From Desulfatiglandales bacterium (GTDB lineage Bacteria; Desulfobacterota; DSM-4660; Desulfatiglandales; HGW-15), in assembly GCA_049366815.1 (NCBI GenBank), contig JBMNCO010000101.1, positions 22,783-86,782 of the forward strand: a stretch of DNA of 64,000 bases, written 5' to 3'. The stretch's first letter is position 1; every line of letters begins with the position of its first letter. The notes below the pieces were generated by a model that was given only the letters and a program-made list of their open reading frames with translations, did not search any database and was not told the origin of the DNA. Shown here piece by piece: positions 19,983 to 28,385 of this stretch. Both the position numbers and the translations under genes were made by a program.

Positions 19983-20195
19983 CGGCCTGTCTCGAAAAAA
20001 TCAATTCCTAGGGAAGCACCCACTTTCTGATCCCCTGCACGCGCACTTTTAAGGTGAAGGCAATTTATGGTAAAGAAACCGGTGTGTCAATTCAATAAGC
20101 CCTGCGCAGAGAAACTTGCGCTCCAAAGATAGCGCATAAGATATCAGATTTATTTAATAAATTTAAAAGAACGCACGCGCTTTCGGGAACCGTCC

Positions 20196-20224
20196 TTGTC
20201 AAAGCGTCTCTTATGTCTTATGCT
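20196..20224 (+). promoter_or_regulatory. sigma70-like promoter TTGTCA-N17-TATGCT upstream of the zinc-ribbon gene
   Basis: Hexamers and spacing read directly. Lies about 110 nt upstream of the ATG at 20334. Confidence 0.45.
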
Positions 20225-20267
20225 TTTCAGTGGGGTGCGGTCAGGATTTTACAGAAACCCCTGCGAG

Positions 20268-20300
20268 GGCAGGTCGACTGCCTGCTGTTTTTTGATTTTT
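20268..20300 (+). terminator. terminator/attenuator-like hairpin plus U-tracts in the leader of the zinc-ribbon gene
   Basis: Stem GGCAGG / CCTGCT with a 7-nt loop, then GTTTTTTTGATTTTTTG. Preceded by AGAAACCCCTGC (20253..20264), which can pair with GGGGT at 20232. Confidence 0.4.
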
Positions 20301-20333
20301 TGCGGGATCCGCAACCCTTCATGGAGTAAGAAT

Positions 20334-20696
20334 ATGGATTGTGAAAGATGCGGAGAGGCCGTCGAGCCGGGGCAAGAGAGGGAATTTCACGGCCGAACCC
20401 TTTGCGAAGACTGTTACATGGACGTCCTTTCACCGCCCCGCACCTGTGATCCCTGGGCTGTCCACAGCGCAAAGTCCTTCATGGCAAGCCAGGGGAAAGG
20501 AGAGCCGGGTCTCAACAGCACACAGGCCCGGATCCTCGGGGTCCTCCGGGAGACCGGTGGTATCGAACCCGGTGCCCTGAGTGAGAGGCTCCAAATGAAG
20601 CCGTCGGATCTCGAGAGGGAAATCGCGGCCCTTCGTCACATGGAAAAGGTTCGGGGTGAACTCAGGGATGGGAAAAAATTCATCGTCTTGTGGTGA
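20334..20696 (+). CDS. small zinc-ribbon plus winged-helix protein
   Basis: Internal ATG of ORF 20196..20696 with GGAG 9 nt upstream. CERCG...CEDC zinc-ribbon pairs. The C-terminal part is wHTH-like (ARILGVLRETGGIEPGALSERL). The upstream part of the ORF is occupied by a promoter and a terminator-like hairpin. Confidence 0.6.
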   Translation: MDCERCGEAVEPGQEREFHGRTLCEDCYMDVLSPPRTCDPWAVHSAKSFMASQGKGEPGLNSTQARILGVLRETGGIEPGALSERLQMKPSDLEREIAALRHMEKVRGELRDGKKFIVLW

Positions 20697-20840
20697 GAAC
20701 AGCTCCAAGCAGGGTCAACGTACGCCCGCTCCGAGAAAATCCCGGCCCCTGCTGAGTTTGGATACTGCTGAAAGTCAGTCCTGCCCGGTGACTTCCGGCT
20801 GAAAATGAAAATACAAATAAATTCAGATTAGATTGCTAGG

Positions 20841-22001
20841 TTGAAGTCTTTTCTGTTTTTCTACAAGCCTATGCCGACTAAAATCCGACATACAGGCGGG
20901 CTCCTCTTTGTCGTCCTGTTAGTGCTCAGTCTGAGCCTCTCGGGCTGCCGCCTGACCTATCTGCTCCATGCCGCCGTCGGCCAGGCGAAGTTGCTCTCCG
21001 GAGCGGTCCCCATGGAACAAGGCCTGAAGGAGGCTGCCTTGGGCGCCGAAGAAAAGGAGCGCCTGCTTCTGGTCCCCCGTATCAAGGTCTTTGGCGAAGA
21101 GGTCCTGGGCCTCAAAAGGACGAACAATTATGAAACGGTCCACCTGGCCTCGCCTCGTCCCCCGCTCTACGTGGTTTCCGCCTGCCCCAGGGACCGTCTT
21201 GTTCCAGTCACCTGGTGGTTTCCCATCGTCGGCAGGATGCCCTATCTCGGATTTTTTGATCTCGATAAGGCCAGGGCTGAAAAGAAGAGACTGGTTGAGA
21301 AGGATCTCGATGTCAGTCTGGGCAGTGCCGCGGCCTACAGCACCCTGGGATGGTTCCGAGACCCCATAACGCTCAATATGATCGAAGAATCCACCCTCGA
21401 TTTGGTGGAAATCATTCTCCACGAGATGACCCACACGACGCTCTACATCAAGGGGCAAGGGGCCTTTAACGAGGGGCTGGCCTCTCTGGTCGGTAAGGTG
21501 GGCGCCCTGTTTTTTTTCGAGGACCTCCATGGCCCTGCACACCCCTTGACCATGGAGGCCGGGGATGCCCTTGACGACGAACGTCTTATCGCCTCTTACA
21601 TGGACTGTTTGCTCAAAAGGCTCGAAATCCTTTACAGTTCACCCCTATCCTACGATGAAAAAATGGCACGACGGGAGGAGATATTTTCAGAGGCCCTCAA
21701 GGAGTTCGAGGGATTGAAGCCGAGACTCAAAACAGACCGCTTCCGGGCCTTAGGCCATATTCCCCTGAACAACGCCTATTTGTTGAGTGTAGGCCTTTAC
21801 CACCGGCACTTTCATCTCTTTGAAGAGATGCTCCGAAAAAACGGAAACGACATCAAAGGGACTCTTGACTATCTTCAAGGGCTTGCGGAGCATGGAGGCG
21901 ATATGCTGGAAAGGATGTATGCGTTTAGCTGTTTGAAAGAGCCCGGCAATTGCGGCCATGGGAGTCTCTTTTCAAAAACGAAGGGCCATGGAAAAGACTA
22001 A
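20841..22001 (+). CDS. predicted zinc aminopeptidase lipoprotein (HExxH, Aminopep/PF10023-like)
   Basis: 386 aa. Signal with LSLSGC lipobox. HEMTH zinc motif. Start is uncertain (TTG at 20841 or ATG at 20871). The last 16 codons lie inside the 29-bp inverted repeat of the palindromic element at 21954. Confidence 0.75.
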   Translation: MKSFLFFYKPMPTKIRHTGGLLFVVLLVLSLSLSGCRLTYLLHAAVGQAKLLSGAVPMEQGLKEAALGAEEKERLLLVPRIKVFGEEVLGLKRTNNYETVHLASPRPPLYVVSACPRDRLVPVTWWFPIVGRMPYLGFFDLDKARAEKKRLVEKDLDVSLGSAAAYSTLGWFRDPITLNMIEESTLDLVEIILHEMTHTTLYIKGQGAFNEGLASLVGKVGALFFFEDLHGPAHPLTMEAGDALDDERLIASYMDCLLKRLEILYSSPLSYDEKMARREEIFSEALKEFEGLKPRLKTDRFRALGHIPLNNAYLLSVGLYHRHFHLFEEMLRKNGNDIKGTLDYLQGLAEHGGDMLERMYAFSCLKEPGNCGHGSLFSKTKGHGKD

Positions 22002-22164
22002 GATGGCCGGGGCAGCCTAGGCGGACGGCGGACCGGTGTCAGTAGCTGTCAGGCCTTGATTTTCATGGTGTCTCCCCGGTGGTGCTCCGTCCGCCCGAAG
22101 CCCGGTGACCATGCGGACACCCCGGCACCGATTTTTTCGTTTTTGAAAAGAGACTCCCATGGCC
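21954..22164. repeat. 211-bp palindromic MITE-like element with perfect 29-bp terminal inverted repeats
   Basis: GGCCATGGGAGTCTCTTTTCAAAAACGAA at 21954..21982 is the exact reverse complement of 22136..22164. Further internal pairings: GGCGGACGG 22020..22028 with CCGTCCGCC 22087..22095, and GCCGGGG with CCCCGGC. Confidence 0.85.
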
Positions 22165-22342
22165 CCTCCGTGATGGGATAATTTTCAAGAGCCAAAAGTG
22201 TTACAAACAATCTCCTCGTATAATATTGGGCCAGAGCCGAGTCCAGGATTTTTCTTAATGTGTCACTTGAGGTCAGGGTCTTCCGGCCTGGATTCTTCGA
22301 AAGGTTTTTAAAATCTCGTATGAAGGCCGAACAGACACTGGG

Positions 22343-25300
22343 ATGGAAAGGCAAAAAGAGGTCCAATCGACATTGAAGCCGATCATAAAAAACGGAATCC
22401 TCTTCGTTCTCGCAACCTTTTTTTTGGTTCTGACGGGCCTTGCCGGCACCCTTTTCTATTTATACCGCCATCCCGCTTCGATAAAGCCCTTCATCGAAAA
22501 GGCCGTGTCCCGTGCGGCCGGGGCCTCTCTCACGATAGAAGACCTCTCCTATTCCCTGAGACCCCTTCGAATTCAAGGTGCCGGCATCCGGCTGGAACCG
22601 GGAGAAGCCCTCAAGGGAGTGACGCTCCATATACCGGCCGTTACAGCGGACATGGCAGTGGAGGGCCCCTTCAGTCACCGGCGGCTCGTCTTCAGGATGT
22701 TCAAGATCGACGATCTTTCCCTTGTGGTCTCCCAGGGGTACCTCCTCCCGCGATGGGAACCCGGAAAACAAGGAAGTCCCTGGATTTTCGGGGTACTCTC
22801 GCGGCTTTTTGCCTTTCTGGTCTTCAGGGATGTGGAATTTCAGGCCGTGGAACTCTCCGGCCGCCGTATTTCCAGTCGGACGGCGGGGCGGTTTGTCGAG
22901 GTTTCCGGTATCCGGGCAGGTCTGACACCGGAGCGCCTCATCGAGATCACCTGTGACATCCGCTTCGATTCGATTTCCCGGGGCCTGTACCTCACCGCAT
23001 CACAGGTTCGCGTCACAACCGAACAGGTCCTCTCACTGGTTGATCCCGAAATCAAGGGTCATATCGCGGCCAAGGAAATCACCTTTAAGAGCGCGACCCT
23101 GGACATCCCCGCCGCAGGCTGCAGGGCCGATCTCGTCTTCCACCGGGACCTGAATGCACTCAGCTTCGCGCCCATCGAACTGGCGCTGAAGGGGGCGGCC
23201 TTGAAAAGAATCGTCCCTGAACCCGCCCCCCCCCTGGACGTGGATCTTGAGGCCGAAGGCTCCTTCAATCTCACGGATCTCGAAGCCCGGCTTTCCTCTT
23301 TCCATCTCACCGTGGGCGAGATCCTCGCAACGACCGGACGTTTAGAGGTGGACATGAGAGGCGCACCGGCCGCCTCCCTGGATTTCGACTGCCGTCTGGC
23401 GCCCGAGAGACTGCGCCCTCTTCTCCGGTCCACAATCAGACGGTTCCTTGCACCGGGGACCCTCACCGGGCCGGTATTCCTGGAAGGCCGAACCCGGGCC
23501 GCCCTGACCGGCGGCAGGCTCGACTTGGACTGTGAGGTCCGGACACGACTGGTCAGAAATCCCTTTTCCTATGTCAAGGACGGGATACAGGTGCAAGGAG
23601 AAATCTCGGCCGAGATCGAGATCTCGGGTGCCATACCCGATCTGGGGGCCCGGGCCGAAGTGGTCTTGAACAAGACGACCCTTTCCGCAAAGGGCGCGAC
23701 CTCAGGTCCCATGAATGTGGGGCTCAAACTTGTTTATCAAAGACCCGTGATCCGCTTGACCGATCTTGAGGCCCGCAGCCCCCGGTTGGGCTATAAAACA
23801 GGCGGCAAGGAGATCGTTCTGGAGGATTGCCTGTTCCAGGCGGCGACGGGCTCTTACGACCTCGACAAGGGGGACGTCCACATCCCCGGGGCCACCCTTG
23901 ATACCTCCCTCCTGAAAAACCTCGAACTTTCCTTCATGGCCGGCAAAACGCAAAAGTCCTTCACCCTCAAAGGCCGGGACAGCCGCCTGCTGGACAGCGC
24001 CGGCGCCCTGGCCCTTTTTCCCGAGGGATGGCAATTCACCGGGATCGACTCCATCGAGGCCCGGGCGATGCAAAAAATGGGCGGAGACTGGTCCGTGGAT
24101 GCCGAGCTGACCCTGCAGGACCTCACACTGGAAAACCCGGACGCCTCCTGCATGGGCGAAGGAATTTCCTTGAATGCCCGTGTGAAGGGGATCGTCAAAC
24201 CTGATCTCTCCAATATACAAGCCCGGGGCTCTCTTGATGCGGATGCAGGCGAAATTCTCTTGGACCGTTTCTACTTCAACCTGGCAAAAAACCAGGCTTC
24301 GATCCAATGGGAAGGGGCCTATGTCCCCTCCGGAAAGACCTTCGACTTCCCCCGCCTCAGTGCTTCTCTCAAAGACATTGCGACCCTCTCGGTCAAAGGG
24401 GTGATGTCTCTGGCATCCGGAAGCCCTGATGTCCACATGTCTTTGAACATTCCCCGGGCCCCGGTGAGCCCGCTCTTTCAGCATTTCCTGCTGGATCCCT
24501 TCAAGTTGGAAAGGCCGATTCTTACGGCCTTGGCTGTGGAAGGGGATATTTCCGGGGATCTGGATTTTGTATCCAACGGGGTCGGCGTGTCGGCAAAAGG
24601 GACTATTCAATATCAGGAGGGGCGTCTGGCGTCTGAGGATCATGGGGTCCTGTTTCGGGACATCGATCTTCGACTCCCCGTCTGGTATCAATCCGGGACC
24701 ACCTGGCCCCCTGCAGAACCCCTAAACGGCATGCTCGACATCGGGGCCGTCCATCTGCCCCTTCTTCCTGAACAGGCCCTGAAGCTCACACTACAGGCAG
24801 GCCCCAACAGTATTTCCTTGAAGGGCCCGTTCCCGATCGGATTGGAGGGAGGCGTCATCGATGTAGGTGCCGTCTCGTGTCGGATTTCCGAGGCCGCAGG
24901 TCTCCTCATTGAAACAAGCCTCGCCTTTGATGATTTCGATTTGGGTCTCATGCTCTCCCCGCATTGGGCAAGAGAGATCCAAGGGACCATGAACGGAAAA
25001 CTGACCTCGGTAAACTTTCAGGACGGCCGATTGAGGACCCAGGGGGAGATCCTGGCCCATATCTTCGGGGGCAGAATAACCCTCTCTGATATCGGTGCTT
25101 CAGGCGTCTTGACCCCAGCCCCTGTCTTTCGTTTAAATGCCGAGTATGAAGGTCTCCATCTAGGTGAAATGACTCGAGACACGGCCTTTGGTCAGATTGA
25201 AGGTCTTTTGAAGGGCCATGTCAGAGATTTCGAGATCGCATATGGACAACCGCAGCGTTTCGACCTGCTTCTTGAGACAGAAAAGATGAAAGGAGTCTCT

Positions 25301-25624
25301 CAGAGGATAAGCGTAAAGGCGCTGGACAATATCGCCCGGATCGGGGGCGGGCAGAGCCCCTTCATGGGGCTTGCAGGCGCATTCGCCTCCTTTTTCAAAG
25401 AATTCCCCTATGAAAAAATCGGGGTCAGGGCATCTCTTGAAAACGATGTATTCGCGCTCAACGGTACGATCATTGAAGGGGGTGTGGAGTATCTGGTAAA
25501 AAGAAGTAGCTTTTCAGGTGTAAATGTTGTAAATCAAAATCCTGATAATCGTATCAGTTTCAAGGACATGGTCACGAGGATCAAACGGGTTACCACATCA
25601 AAGAGCGGGCCGGTGATCAGGTGA
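22343..25624 (+). CDS. large AsmA/TamB/YdbH-like envelope protein (N-terminal TM anchor)
   Basis: 1093 aa. Single N-terminal TM helix and a long beta-rich body. Immediately followed by a YdbL (DUF1318)-type gene, as in the E. coli ydbH-ynbE-ydbL operon. Confidence 0.7.
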   Translation: MERQKEVQSTLKPIIKNGILFVLATFFLVLTGLAGTLFYLYRHPASIKPFIEKAVSRAAGASLTIEDLSYSLRPLRIQGAGIRLEPGEALKGVTLHIPAVTADMAVEGPFSHRRLVFRMFKIDDLSLVVSQGYLLPRWEPGKQGSPWIFGVLSRLFAFLVFRDVEFQAVELSGRRISSRTAGRFVEVSGIRAGLTPERLIEITCDIRFDSISRGLYLTASQVRVTTEQVLSLVDPEIKGHIAAKEITFKSATLDIPAAGCRADLVFHRDLNALSFAPIELALKGAALKRIVPEPAPPLDVDLEAEGSFNLTDLEARLSSFHLTVGEILATTGRLEVDMRGAPAASLDFDCRLAPERLRPLLRSTIRRFLAPGTLTGPVFLEGRTRAALTGGRLDLDCEVRTRLVRNPFSYVKDGIQVQGEISAEIEISGAIPDLGARAEVVLNKTTLSAKGATSGPMNVGLKLVYQRPVIRLTDLEARSPRLGYKTGGKEIVLEDCLFQAATGSYDLDKGDVHIPGATLDTSLLKNLELSFMAGKTQKSFTLKGRDSRLLDSAGALALFPEGWQFTGIDSIEARAMQKMGGDWSVDAELTLQDLTLENPDASCMGEGISLNARVKGIVKPDLSNIQARGSLDADAGEILLDRFYFNLAKNQASIQWEGAYVPSGKTFDFPRLSASLKDIATLSVKGVMSLASGSPDVHMSLNIPRAPVSPLFQHFLLDPFKLERPILTALAVEGDISGDLDFVSNGVGVSAKGTIQYQEGRLASEDHGVLFRDIDLRLPVWYQSGTTWPPAEPLNGMLDIGAVHLPLLPEQALKLTLQAGPNSISLKGPFPIGLEGGVIDVGAVSCRISEAAGLLIETSLAFDDFDLGLMLSPHWAREIQGTMNGKLTSVNFQDGRLRTQGEILAHIFGGRITLSDIGASGVLTPAPVFRLNAEYEGLHLGEMTRDTAFGQIEGLLKGHVRDFEIAYGQPQRFDLLLETEKMKGVSQRISVKALDNIARIGGGQSPFMGLAGAFASFFKEFPYEKIGVRASLENDVFALNGTIIEGGVEYLVKRSSFSGVNVVNQNPDNRISFKDMVTRIKRVTTSKSGPVIR

Positions 25625-25657
25625 TAATCCCCGCGATTGGATTAAGAGGAGTCCACG

Positions 25658-26197
25658 ATGAAAAAGTTTCATAAACCCTTGTGGGTTGTCTTTACTTGTC
25701 TGGTCCTTTTTGCCTTTGCCTGTGTCACGATCAACATCTACTTCCCGGCTGAAAAGGTGGAATCCGTGGCGGGTGAGATCGTGAACGAGATCCGGGGCAA
25801 GAAGGCCGAAGAGGGTTTGAACAAGGAAGGGAATTCCCTGCTGCAACACATACTGGTCGCTCTCGCCCCTTCAACGGCCTGGGCCCAGGACGTCACGAAC
25901 GTCTCCAACCCCACGATCCGGGCACTCAAAACCAATATGAAGGCCCGATTCGCCCAGATGAAGCCGTTTTATCAAAAGGGTGCACTCACGGAAGGCGGCG
26001 ATGGGTATGTCTCACTGGGAAACACGGGCGATCTCGGCCTCAAGGAAAAGCGCGATCTAAAAGCCCTTGTGGATGCGGAAAACAGTGATCGTCAAACACT
26101 TTACGCTGAAGTCGCCAAGGCCCTCAAGATAGACCCCGGTCAAGTCAACAGGATTGCGGAGATTTTTGCCAAGGAATGGCAGAAACCTGTAAGATAG
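25658..26197 (+). CDS. YdbL (DUF1318)-like periplasmic protein with YnbE-like lipoprotein N-terminus
   Basis: 179 aa with an AAGAGGAG Shine-Dalgarno. The N-terminal signal ends in FAFAC followed by VTINIYFP (YnbE-like). Internal signal-like segment LLQHILVALAPSTAWAQD. C-terminal SDRQTLYAEVAK...IAEIFAKEW is typical of DUF1318. Confidence 0.7.
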   Translation: MKKFHKPLWVVFTCLVLFAFACVTINIYFPAEKVESVAGEIVNEIRGKKAEEGLNKEGNSLLQHILVALAPSTAWAQDVTNVSNPTIRALKTNMKARFAQMKPFYQKGALTEGGDGYVSLGNTGDLGLKEKRDLKALVDAENSDRQTLYAEVAKALKIDPGQVNRIAEIFAKEWQKPVR

Positions 26198-26369
26198 CGC
26201 TCGTCCGGAAAGGTCGTATTTCCGGATGGAAACAAGACAGAGGTTTTTCGCCGGATTCACAGCGGCAAAGGATGAGGCCTGACCCGGCCCCGGCAGGAAG
26301 GCTGGTTTTTCCACAAGGCCGTCAGTCTTTTCAGTATTCCAGCCCCGAAGAACAGTCTTACAGAATCTC

Positions 26370-27083
26370 ATGGAAAAGATACCACCCGAGACCTATGACA
26401 AATACATAAAGGCCCTCATGGATATAAGCCGGGCCATTACGTCGGATTTGTACCTCGAGGATATCTTGAAACTCATTGTGATGGTCACCGCCAGGGTGAC
26501 GGGTGTCGAGATCTGTTCCCTGTGGCTGATCGATGAATCGTCGGATCCCATAAAGATCCGCCTCAAGGCCACCCAGGCCATTGACCCCGAATACGTGAAA
26601 GACCGGGCCCTGGACAGAGTCGAAGGCGTGGTGGGCTTTGTAGCCACGCACAACCAACCGCTTATCATAAAGGATGTCCTGAAAGAGCCTCGATTCAAAG
26701 AAAAGGAAATGGCCCAAAAGCTCGGTCTCGTCTCGATGCTCAGTGTGCCGTTACGCGTCAAGAACGATAAAGTGATCGGCGTACTCAACTGCTTTACATC
26801 AGAGCCGCACGATTTCAGCGACACAGAGATAAACCTCATAACGACTGTGGCCAACCAGGCGGCGGTCGCCATTTACAACACTGAACTCATCGTGGAGACC
26901 AGGGTCATCCAGGAGGAACTGGAAAAACGGAAACTTCTGGACAGGGCCAAGGAGGTCCTCATGCGCAAGCGCAACATAAGCGCCACCGAGGCCCACCGCT
27001 GGATTCAAAAGCGCAGCATGGACTCCAGAAAATCCATGACCATGGTGGCGGAGGCGATTCTCATTTCAGAGGAATTGGAGTAG
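26370..27083 (+). CDS. GAF-ANTAR RNA-binding antiterminator-type regulator
   Basis: 237 aa. GAF domain followed by the ANTAR helix pattern (LLDRAKEVLMRKRNISATEAHRWIQKRSMDSRKSM). Confidence 0.85.
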   Translation: MEKIPPETYDKYIKALMDISRAITSDLYLEDILKLIVMVTARVTGVEICSLWLIDESSDPIKIRLKATQAIDPEYVKDRALDRVEGVVGFVATHNQPLIIKDVLKEPRFKEKEMAQKLGLVSMLSVPLRVKNDKVIGVLNCFTSEPHDFSDTEINLITTVANQAAVAIYNTELIVETRVIQEELEKRKLLDRAKEVLMRKRNISATEAHRWIQKRSMDSRKSMTMVAEAILISEELE

Positions 27084-27216
27084 GCTGCAATTCACATTGC
27101 GCGGTTCCACACCTTGACACCGTTGAATGCTGCGATGTAATTGCGGTCCTTCAGGCCCTGCAGGATTTCGGCAAAGACGAGTCAGATGCAGTCTATTTTG
27201 ACCTAAGGAGGACACC

Positions 27217-28209
27217 ATGAAAAGATGGATGTTTGTCGGAACATTGATGTTTGTCGCAATTTTTTCGGCCGTTGATCTCTTTTCCGCAACCTATGATCTG
27301 ACGGGCACCTGGAATCATACGATATCCAATAACTTTGCCATTGGAGATATCGGGTGTGTCCCCGCTGCCGACACATCAGGAACATGTACCATAGAACAGA
27401 CCGGCGACACCTTTACGCTTACCTTTATTTCCGGTGTGGTATGCGATCCACCCGATGCCTGCATTTTTGATGGAAAGGTGGACGGTGACGTTTACACGTC
27501 TGTATCCATCTACCCGGTTGATGAAGAAGGCGGGTTGGTTGCAGCTCTCCTGAGATTTACCGCTTCATCGGCCACATCAGCCTCCGGATCAGGGGCCTAT
27601 GAGTACAGCCACCCCAGCGGAGAATGGGAGTGCATGTGGGGCAATCAAATGGCCCTGGCACGATCAGAGGACCCTGGCGATCCGGGATGGAATGATCCGG
27701 AATGGGTGACCGTCAGCGGCATCGTCCGCTACGACGGCAACCCGGTCTGTGCCATGGTCCTGGCCAATGGGCAGCACATGTTCACGTGTGAAGAAGGCGA
27801 TCATTTCGGCAAGTACAGGCTCAACGTCCCGCTTGATCTCAACGGAAAGATCACGATTCAGGCCTTTGTTTCCGGTTTGGCCCCTTTCCTCACAACCACA
27901 GACACATCCGATCTGGAAATAGACATCGACATGCAGCCTTTCAGCCCGGAAAACAGATCGCCGGCCGTGACCGCGGAAACCACGCCCGATTCCTCGGTAC
28001 CGGTCGGCTGGGCAAGGATAACAGGCACCGTGGATCTGGACGGCACGCCGCTCTGCGCCATGGTCCTGGCCAACGGTCAACACATGTTCTCATGTGATGA
28101 CAACCTTGGAGCTTATGACCTGACGGTGCCACTGGACGGCCACGGTGAAATCACCCTGTTCGTGTTCGTCAGTGGGTTGCAGCCCTACCAGGTGACCTTT
28201 GCACCCTGA
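27217..28209 (+). CDS. secreted hypothetical protein with two tandem beta-sandwich-like repeats
   Basis: 330 aa with an AAGGAGG Shine-Dalgarno and an N-terminal signal peptide. Internal duplication: PVCAMVLANGQHMFTCEE... and PLCAMVLANGQHMFSCDD... Confidence 0.7.
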   Translation: MKRWMFVGTLMFVAIFSAVDLFSATYDLTGTWNHTISNNFAIGDIGCVPAADTSGTCTIEQTGDTFTLTFISGVVCDPPDACIFDGKVDGDVYTSVSIYPVDEEGGLVAALLRFTASSATSASGSGAYEYSHPSGEWECMWGNQMALARSEDPGDPGWNDPEWVTVSGIVRYDGNPVCAMVLANGQHMFTCEEGDHFGKYRLNVPLDLNGKITIQAFVSGLAPFLTTTDTSDLEIDIDMQPFSPENRSPAVTAETTPDSSVPVGWARITGTVDLDGTPLCAMVLANGQHMFSCDDNLGAYDLTVPLDGHGEITLFVFVSGLQPYQVTFAP

Positions 28210-28325
28210 CACTGAAAGGTGAACGGAGGGCGGAGGGAGCGTGGCGGAGACAACATTCCGGCCCATGCCTGGAGCAGGCATCGTGAAGATGATCGGGTCC
28301 TTGTCTGCGTTAGAAAGAAAAAAGG

Positions 28326-28354
28326 CCGGGCCGCTTTCTCGGGTGCGGCCCCGG
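28326..28354. terminator. bidirectional terminator between convergent genes
   Basis: GC-rich stem CCGGGCCGC / GCGGCCC(C)GG, flanked by an A-run upstream and a T-run downstream. Lies between the 27217 gene (+) and the 28386 gene (-). Confidence 0.55.
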
Positions 28355-28385
28355 TGTCCTGTTCGAAAAGAGTTTTTTTACGGCG

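Noticed and set aside
19983-20200. Cobalamin riboswitch upstream of cobU (minus strand). Also checked upstream of the mutase operon at 62040..62340.
   Set aside because: Reading the minus strand, I could not find the B12-box or the GGGAA...GGTG..AATCC...GCCACTG core elements. Only generic AT-rich promoter DNA and a 15-bp AT palindrome (ATTTATTTAATAAAT) are present.
20196-20333. N-terminal 46 codons of ORF 20196..20696.
   Set aside because: This part starts at the TTG of a -35-like hexamer and runs through a terminator-like hairpin and U-tracts. It encodes Cys/Phe-rich low-complexity sequence. The internal ATG at 20334 has a proper Shine-Dalgarno and begins the zinc-ribbon motif.
22049-22366. 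105-aa ORF on the minus strand between the aminopeptidase and ydbH-like genes.
   Set aside because: About a third of it is encoded by the right half of the palindromic element and it overlaps the ydbH-like start. It is most likely an artefact of the repeat.
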